Below the pieces are notes generated by a model, which worked only from the letters and a program-made list of their open reading frames with translations, ran no database searches and had not been told where the DNA came from. DNA of 64,000 nucleotides, from assembly GCA_017452445.1 (NCBI GenBank), contig JAFTMH010000002.1, forward strand, positions 202,657-266,656, given 5' to 3'. The first letter of the stretch is position 1; each line of letters starts with the position of its first letter. Below, in pieces: positions 58,168 to 64,000 of this stretch. A program made the position numbers and the translations under genes. The stretch is from Clostridia bacterium. GTDB lineage: Bacteria; Bacillota; Clostridia; Christensenellales; UBA1242.

Positions 58168-58824
58168 TTATTCAGGTTTTACAATTACATTACAATAGGC
58201 AGTAAGTCCATTTAATGTTTGTGCACGAATCCGCACGTTGCCAGGAGAGATACCAGTAACGACTCCGTCAGAAACGGTTGCTATTTCGCCATTTAAAGAA
58301 GTCCAAGCTATTGATTTTAATGTGGTATTAGTTGGATAAAGTATTGCTTCAAGTGTAAAACTTTCTCCAGGTTTTAGTGAGTATGAGGTATAGTTTAGAG
58401 AAATATTGGTTGGTTCTACTAAAGGCTCCAATATCGTAACATGGCATGAAGCAGTAAGTCCATTTGATGTGTATGCATAAATATATGCAGAACCTATGGA
58501 ATTTCCATAAACTCTTATAGAACCTAAATCATTATCGATTGAAATGGTTGCTACTGATATATCACTTGATTCCCATGTAATATTAGTAGTTGCATTATAG
58601 GGGGTTATGATTGGTCGAAGAACAATGCTTTGACCTTTTTCAAAACGGACATGTTCATAATTTATTTCAATGTTTGTTGGTGGGATGGGAGTGGTGTCTG
58701 GTTGCTCTTCTGGGTAATTGAGGATGTTTTCCCTGCAATAAGCATCATAACTAGGAAGGGCGATACAGCACAAAATAGCAATGATTAAACTTAATATAAA
58801 AAGAGTTTTACAAGTTTTTTGCAT
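58168..58824 (-). CDS. membrane-anchored protein with two Big_2 (bacterial Ig-like group 2) domains
   Basis: N-terminal hydrophobic anchor, then two Big_2 patterns: ITWESSDISVATI...GSAYIYAYTSNGLTASCHVTI and IAWTSLNGEIATVSDGVVTGISPGNVRIRAQTLNGLTAYCNVIV. RBS GGAGG lies inside the end of the upstream gene. Confidence 0.7.
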   Translation of the reverse strand: MQKTCKTLFILSLIIAILCCIALPSYDAYCRENILNYPEEQPDTTPIPPTNIEINYEHVRFEKGQSIVLRPIITPYNATTNITWESSDISVATISIDNDLGSIRVYGNSIGSAYIYAYTSNGLTASCHVTILEPLVEPTNISLNYTSYSLKPGESFTLEAILYPTNTTLKSIAWTSLNGEIATVSDGVVTGISPGNVRIRAQTLNGLTAYCNVIVKPE

Positions 58825-58825
58825 G

Positions 58826-60088
58826 TCAATACCTCCACCCTTTTGCCATTTTTTCGGCTCTTTTTAATTCGTCTTCAGTAAGAGGAGGCAATTGTTTTTG
58901 ATTCAAAAATGTTTTTAAATTTTCCAACTTTGCATGATAAATATCGTCTTTAATCTTATATTCAATTTTTTTATTTTTTATATGGTAAACAGTAAAAAAA
59001 GTTATAGAAGCAATAATCAAAATTATGTTGATCCAAATAAGGCTTGTTTTATGAATTACAAATAAAGAAATCAAAGAAAACAACAAAACTACTATAGAGC
59101 TAATAAGAGAGCTTATTGCATAAGGTTTTGTTTTTCTTGAAATATCCTTTTTTACATTTTTTGTGATATCAGGGACTGTTCCTAAAATTCTTAAATCATA
59201 TTTAAAAGAAGATATTTTGCACTTATCTTCACGATATTTATACTCTAAGATGTATTCGGGTACTAAGTAGTAATCAATTGAATTAATAGTATGAGATATT
59301 TTAATGTCATAATCTTTATATTTATCTCCTGGAAGGCAAACATCATTATTAGTGGCAATTTCTCCTTTTTTTATTGTAAGATTTATGTCATTTTGTGTAA
59401 AACTTAAAATCTGTGTATTTAAAGAGCTTTGTTGTTTATCTAGATTTTCAATTTCTCCTTTTGCTTTTAAGGTTTCTAAATCTTTAATGAAGTAATCACA
59501 TGCTTTATCATCATCTTTTTCTCCAAGTTTAACGCAGGATAATTTATTGACTGAAATATTGCCAGTAAAGGGTTGCCAGTCGGTGACGGTTCTTTCTTTT
59601 ACAACCTTGTTTAATTTCCAAGTTTTCGAGACACCATCATAAACTTTTTCCAGATCATTGTATTGTTCTTTGTGGTCAACACCAACTATTGCGGAATAAG
59701 CTCCTACATAATAAGCATCAATAACCATAAATTGAGAATACGAGCAAGTAACAGGGGAAAAATTAGCGGTTAAAACATCTATAGGGGATTGTTCATCCAT
59801 AGCAATAGCCAAGTAAGCTTCTTTTAGAAATTCCTCTTCAGAAATGTTTGATTTGACAATATGATAATTAGATGTGCTATGAGTGTTGGTGGCTTGAATA
59901 TTGGTTACAAAGTTATTTACAATGCTTTTATTTAAGTTAAAAATAGCCCCACAATGTTTGCATTTTAACAATTGATTTGTCATGGTATCGAAATTACTGG
60001 AGCCACATTGCTCACATTTTAAAGACCCACCAGGCATGTCTTTTTTAGTGGGCAGTCCTAAGATTCTATCTAAATCCTTTTCATCCAT
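58826..60088 (-). CDS. zinc-ribbon protein with two C-terminal TM helices (function unknown)
   Basis: N-terminal CEQCG-x17-CKHCG zinc ribbon, an unrecognised domain of about 280 aa, two TM helices and a charged tail. Start placed at ATG 60088 (MDEKDL) after AAGGAGA. Its stop lies 1 nt before the Big_2 gene start. Confidence 0.6.
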   Translation of the reverse strand: MDEKDLDRILGLPTKKDMPGGSLKCEQCGSSNFDTMTNQLLKCKHCGAIFNLNKSIVNNFVTNIQATNTHSTSNYHIVKSNISEEEFLKEAYLAIAMDEQSPIDVLTANFSPVTCSYSQFMVIDAYYVGAYSAIVGVDHKEQYNDLEKVYDGVSKTWKLNKVVKERTVTDWQPFTGNISVNKLSCVKLGEKDDDKACDYFIKDLETLKAKGEIENLDKQQSSLNTQILSFTQNDINLTIKKGEIATNNDVCLPGDKYKDYDIKISHTINSIDYYLVPEYILEYKYREDKCKISSFKYDLRILGTVPDITKNVKKDISRKTKPYAISSLISSIVVLLFSLISLFVIHKTSLIWINIILIIASITFFTVYHIKNKKIEYKIKDDIYHAKLENLKTFLNQKQLPPLTEDELKRAEKMAKGWRY

Positions 60089-60247
60089 GGTAATATTCTC
60101 CTTGACATAATTATACATAACGAGCATAAATAAGTCAATAATATAGACATATAAGTATATATAATATGCACTTAAACATACATTTTGAAATGTGTTATCC
60201 TATCACAAAAGGTTGAGTTCATTGTAAACTATTTATGAGGTGTTGCA

Positions 60248-60550
60248 ATGGATTTAAATGATATTATAACCAGAATTAGTCAGTTAAGAACAAGAGCAGG
60301 ACTGTCTGCAAGAGAGCTTAGTTTAAGAATAGGTAAGAATGAAGCATATATTAACCGATTGGAATATAAAAGAAACTTTGAACCTTCAATCACTGTTATC
60401 AATGATATTGCTGAGGCCTGTGGCTCAAGTTTGGAAGAATTCTTCTATTATGACATTATGCAATATAAGGCAGATAAGCAAATTATAGATTTATTAAAGA
60501 GAGTACCAGATCAAAAGAAACAAGCATGGATAGAACTTTTGTCAAAATAA
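60248..60550 (+). CDS. XRE-family (Cro/C1-type) HTH transcriptional regulator
   Basis: LSARELSLRIGKNEAYINRLEYKRN is a classic XRE HTH. The gene is divergent from the zinc-ribbon/Big_2 pair. Confidence 0.8.
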   Translation: MDLNDIITRISQLRTRAGLSARELSLRIGKNEAYINRLEYKRNFEPSITVINDIAEACGSSLEEFFYYDIMQYKADKQIIDLLKRVPDQKKQAWIELLSK

Positions 60551-60580
60551 AGGATAAGATTATTGCTTATCCTTTTTTTT
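60551..60580 (+). terminator. rho-independent terminator of the XRE gene
   Basis: Stem AGGATAAG (60551-60558) / CTTATCCT (60566-60573), loop ATTATTG, then T7. Confidence 0.7.
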
Positions 60581-60794
60581 CTTTTGTGTTACAACTATTT
60601 TATGACATAGAAAAATCAGCAATAATTTAAATTTTTTCTTTTATTGCTGTCAATTTCTCTGTTTTTTATCTTATTGTTGTAAAAATCTAGTGTTTAGCTC
60701 TTATTTTATGTAGGATAGATGTTATTTTTATCTCTATCAGACTCTTTTTTCTTTACCTTGGGTATAATATAATCTAAACTCCAGAAATTAATGT

Positions 60795-61670
60795 TTAGTA
60801 TATATACATATTCTTCAAATATCTATATATCTCTCCTGTACTCATGTCTACATACTGAACATAATCTTTAATTTTATATAAAAATTCTCCTGTTTCTATT
60901 AAACTCTTTTTATTTAGTATTGACAAGATTTCTTTATATCCTTCATAATCTGTATAAACTGTAACTATATTACTTGTTATTGGCATGTTGGTACTATGTC
61001 TTATTATTTTCATCCATGATGGGAATTTTGTGTATGTAGAATCTAAGAAATCTGTTTCTCTAATTTTTGACATGTAACCTAAAATAGTCCAAACTTTTTT
61101 ATGTCTAGAAAGCCATACGTTACCTAGTCCCCAAACATGTGTTAACCATTCATGTGTAATTGTTCTAGGAATATATTTTTTAAAAAAGATGCCAAGGTGA
61201 AAATGAAATAGGTTGTCTTCTTCATTTCCTTCATATCTACCAATATAGTAAAATGGATTATCTCCTGTTGACATATTGTTAATACATTCCTCAATATAGG
61301 ACAATCTTCTATCCATTTCATCTATTAACTCTTTACCTTGTAAATGAATTAAATTTGGGTTTATTGTTAAAGTAATGTGTCAAGCTCTATATCCATTTAA
61401 GTCATAAAACATCATATTCTTTTTGAACTTATCTAGAGTTCTGTTTTCTTGTTCTATTGTTTTAAAGGGGTTGTTTAAATCTTTGATTTTTGAGCCTCTA
61501 AAACCAATACCCTTCAATGGTTCAAATCCATTATATTTACTAAAAATAAGTCTAGAGCCATCCAGCATGGTTAACTTTACATTTGCCTTAGATTTAATTT
61601 TTGAATGTGAGTTTATTGCATTTTGTAATTCAATATTTTGTTCATGTATTTTTTGGATCTTGTTTTTCAT
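60795..61670 (-). pseudogene. HUH-superfamily rolling-circle replication initiator (Rep) interrupted by a single in-frame TGA (61380-61382)
   Basis: Listed ORFs 61380..61670 and 60795..61316 share one frame and are separated only by TGA plus 21 open codons. Read through, the product has motif I HITLT (directly after the TGA), motif II HFHLGIFF (HUH) and motif III GYMSK (YxxK). AAGGAG precedes ATG 61670, and no RBS precedes the internal ATG 61316. Confidence 0.6.
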
Positions 61671-61818
61671 TTCTGTTAATCTCCTTTAATAGTCTTATCA
61701 TTGTTAGTGTAAAACACCTGTGTATTATGCCTTAAAACCTGTTTTAACAGGGGTACAAGGGATGTTTGCATCATTGTTGAAACCATGTTCAACTAGGGCA
61801 AAAAGGTCTTTATATGCC

Positions 61819-62127
61819 TTATAATTTTTTTACTAAATCTGACCAGTATCCATCAGGTCATTGTTCTAAAAATTCTATTTTTAATATTTGATATAGAAAT
61901 CTAAAAACAACAACTTTTAAACACATAGAAAACTTTGTGTTGTGGATATAAGTTTCAGCAGGTTCATCTCACTCTCTTCTTTTGACTGCAGAAATATACC
62001 CATCTATTTGATTTAGTAAATTTTGATTTGTAATAAAATTGTCTTGCAAGAATCTTAAAATCGTTTTGTCATTTATCATGGAATTAAGGTTCTCCATGGC
62101 AAAGTTGTGTCCAAACAAATCTTTCAT
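61819..62127 (-). CDS. small hypothetical gene with strong RBS; frame continues through two in-frame TGA codons to a TAA
   Basis: AGGAGG (62141-62136) lies 8 nt before ATG 62127. The frame reads 52 codons, TGA (61971-61969), 36 open codons, TGA (61860-61858), 12 codons, then TAA (61821-61819). It is not in the ORF track because each piece is shorter than 60 aa. Confidence 0.4.
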
Positions 62128-62510
62128 ATTTTTTACCTCCTAATAAATTTAGCACATAAAACTCACAAAAATTTTTCAAAAGTTTCGATTTTTTAAACAA
62201 CAGTAAAATGTATGTTAAAAAAGGAAACAAAATCAGTCTATAACATGGCTCATTTTTAGAGCTTTTAAGGAGCTTTTGGCAATGCTTGAGCAATTTATCA
62301 AGGCAATAAACATGGTCTGATTTAGGTGTAACAAATAGCAAATAAAGGCATAATTCTATAAACTTTTACACTATTAAATACATTTCAAATAAGCTTATTT
62401 GAATTTAACTGTTGCATACTAAATCCAAAAAATATATTGTTAAAAAATTTGTTTTTTTGTATAGTTGTATTTTATACTATAAACATATTACAACTTAAAA
62501 AGGAAATAAA

Positions 62511-63515
62511 ATGAAAATAGAAAATATAGATAATCCAATCAAAGTGAACTTTCAAAAATCTAATATTCCAATAATATTTTTAGACTCAAATATGATAATA
62601 GAACTTAATAAAGTCATAAATAATACCTCTACAATAAAATACAAAGCAGAGGTTGAAAAAACACTTTCTATATTATTAGAATTGTCAGAACAAAATAAAT
62701 TATTGATACCTTATGCAGACCAAGAAGAAGAGATAGACTACAGGCAGGGAAAATCCAATAACATTGACATACTTTTTAAATTAAGTAATGGAAATTATTT
62801 TAAGAATTATTTAAGGATTCAAGAAGAACAAATTGAAACCTTGTTTAAGGCATTTCTCAATAATAATGATAAAATAAAAATAGACTACAATTTAGGATTT
62901 GAAAAAATTACTAATACAGCAAAAGATGCAAATGTGTTTATAAAAGGCAAATTATATTTACTGGGCAAAAACATAATACAACAAATTCAAGATACCAAAA
63001 ACTTCCTTGTGGCAGATTTGGCTGATTACCAAAAAGAATTATTACCTACAGAATCTTACAAAGAACATTTATTTAAAGAGTTGACTTATGAAGGACATAA
63101 ATTATCAAACCAAATACTTCACAAAAGTCAGAGCCAACAACCTCTCAACGATTTAGAAAGGGAACATTGGGAAAGGTTTATTGATCTTTCTCAAAAATTC
63201 AAATTACAGGGAGATTTATCATGTCAATATATCACATATTGTAAATTTCTCTTGGGGTACTATTGGTTTGCTGTTCCTTTTGTAGACATTGAAAGAAATA
63301 TTAGGACTTACATATCTCTAAATCAAAAATTTAAACGAGGCGATTACCAAGACACTATCAATGCATCTTGTTATTTGCCTTACTGCAATTACTATTTTAC
63401 TGACAATGCAATGCGAAAAATGTTGATCAATATTGGCATAGACAAAAAATACAATGTTAAGTTATACAGTTTTGAAAACATTCATGAGATGAATTTAGAA
63501 TTATCTAAATTATAA
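62511..63515 (+). CDS. hypothetical protein, possible PIN-like fold
   Basis: 334-aa ORF with an AAGGAA RBS. The N-terminal IPIIFLDSNMIIEL and C-terminal YYFTDNAMRKMLINIGI resemble the first and last acidic motifs of PIN-like domains. This is a by-eye assignment only. Confidence 0.3.
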   Translation: MKIENIDNPIKVNFQKSNIPIIFLDSNMIIELNKVINNTSTIKYKAEVEKTLSILLELSEQNKLLIPYADQEEEIDYRQGKSNNIDILFKLSNGNYFKNYLRIQEEQIETLFKAFLNNNDKIKIDYNLGFEKITNTAKDANVFIKGKLYLLGKNIIQQIQDTKNFLVADLADYQKELLPTESYKEHLFKELTYEGHKLSNQILHKSQSQQPLNDLEREHWERFIDLSQKFKLQGDLSCQYITYCKFLLGYYWFAVPFVDIERNIRTYISLNQKFKRGDYQDTINASCYLPYCNYYFTDNAMRKMLINIGIDKKYNVKLYSFENIHEMNLELSKL

Positions 63516-63592
63516 TTCTTTGATAATGAAATTTACTTGACTTTAGATTAAAAGCATGACAGAATCCTTCCAAAATATTGGAGGGATTTTTT

Positions 63593-63880
63593 ATGTCTAT
63601 TGAAAAAATATTGTTGCAAGTGTTTCATGAAAGAACATTAAGCACTGGGGAAGTGTGTAGATTGACAAATATGGTTTGTGAAGCTGAAGACAAATTGACT
63701 GTTAAGCTAAATGAAGAACAAAAAGAACTTTATAGAAAGTTTAATGATGCCATAGATAGTTTGCACTTGCAAGCAATTGAGGAAGCATTGCTTTATGGTT
63801 TTCGATTTGGCATTTCATTAGTAAATGAATTAAAGCAAATAAGAAAAGTAAACTTAAATTCTTATAATTATAATGATTAG
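63593..63880 (+). CDS. hypothetical small protein
   Basis: GGAGGG lies 8 nt before ATG 63593 (MSIEKILL), so the listed start 63578 is probably too early. The sequence looks helical and no family was recognised. Confidence 0.45.
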   Translation: MSIEKILLQVFHERTLSTGEVCRLTNMVCEAEDKLTVKLNEEQKELYRKFNDAIDSLHLQAIEEALLYGFRFGISLVNELKQIRKVNLNSYNYND

Positions 63881-64000
63881 TTAAAAAAAGGTTTAAGGAA
63901 ACCTGTCAGTTTTCAACAAAAAAACTGTATAATTATATATAAGAAAAAACAATGAGATGAAATCACAAAAATATTTTAAAACTTCGCAATAAAGAAATAG

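Larger units (their letters stand above)
57385..64000. mobile_element. integrated mobile element / genomic island (left end at the tRNA-Arg fragment; right end beyond the window)
   Basis: The switch from the housekeeping string to a visibly more AT-rich sequence with different codon choice (tta, ata) falls exactly at the truncated tRNA. It contains an XRE repressor, an HUH Rep and orphan genes. No integrase lies inside the window. Confidence 0.65.

Noticed and set aside
62084-62341. 85-aa ORF on the minus strand.
   Set aside because: It has no RBS and an odd, stop-poor low-complexity translation. It overlaps, in another frame, the start of the RBS-preceded gene at 62127.

Overview
This 64-kb window comes from a low-GC, standard-code, Gram-positive-type anaerobe (Bacillota/Mollicutes-like; it has anaerobic RNR and GatCAB, and almost all stops are TAA). 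Just over half of it (6122-39367, + strand) is one uninterrupted gene. It encodes a protein of about 11,081 aa with a Sec-type signal peptide and a C-terminal TM helix plus basic tail. By my manual count the protein holds about 70 Listeria-Bacteroides (Flg_new) repeats and about 20 copies of a second beta-rich module, arranged in kb-scale super-repeats. The flanks are housekeeping genes: an NrdR-box-controlled nrdD-nrdG-dut operon, a ZIP transporter, tmk, ppa, a PAP2/GT8 envelope module with a membrane-tethered XRE regulator, aspS-gatCAB, malQ, hpt and an S41 peptidase. The most novel-looking signal is regulatory. Upstream of aspS-gatCAB (the tRNA-dependent Asn pathway) sit a consensus promoter, an RBS-preceded 28-codon leader ORF with six consecutive Asn codons, and mutually exclusive antiterminator/terminator hairpins, which together look like an Asn-sensing ribosome-mediated attenuator. 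From 57385 to the window end lies a visibly more AT-rich integrated element. It is bounded by a 45-nt 3' fragment of tRNA-Arg(ACG) that keeps its own terminator. The element carries an XRE repressor, a translationally coupled zinc-ribbon/Big_2 membrane gene pair, and a possible PIN-like orphan. It also carries an HUH rolling-circle Rep gene and a neighbouring gene, both interrupted only by in-frame TGA codons. I found no rRNA, no complete tRNA and no CRISPR array. All family calls come from motif recognition by eye, and no searches were run.
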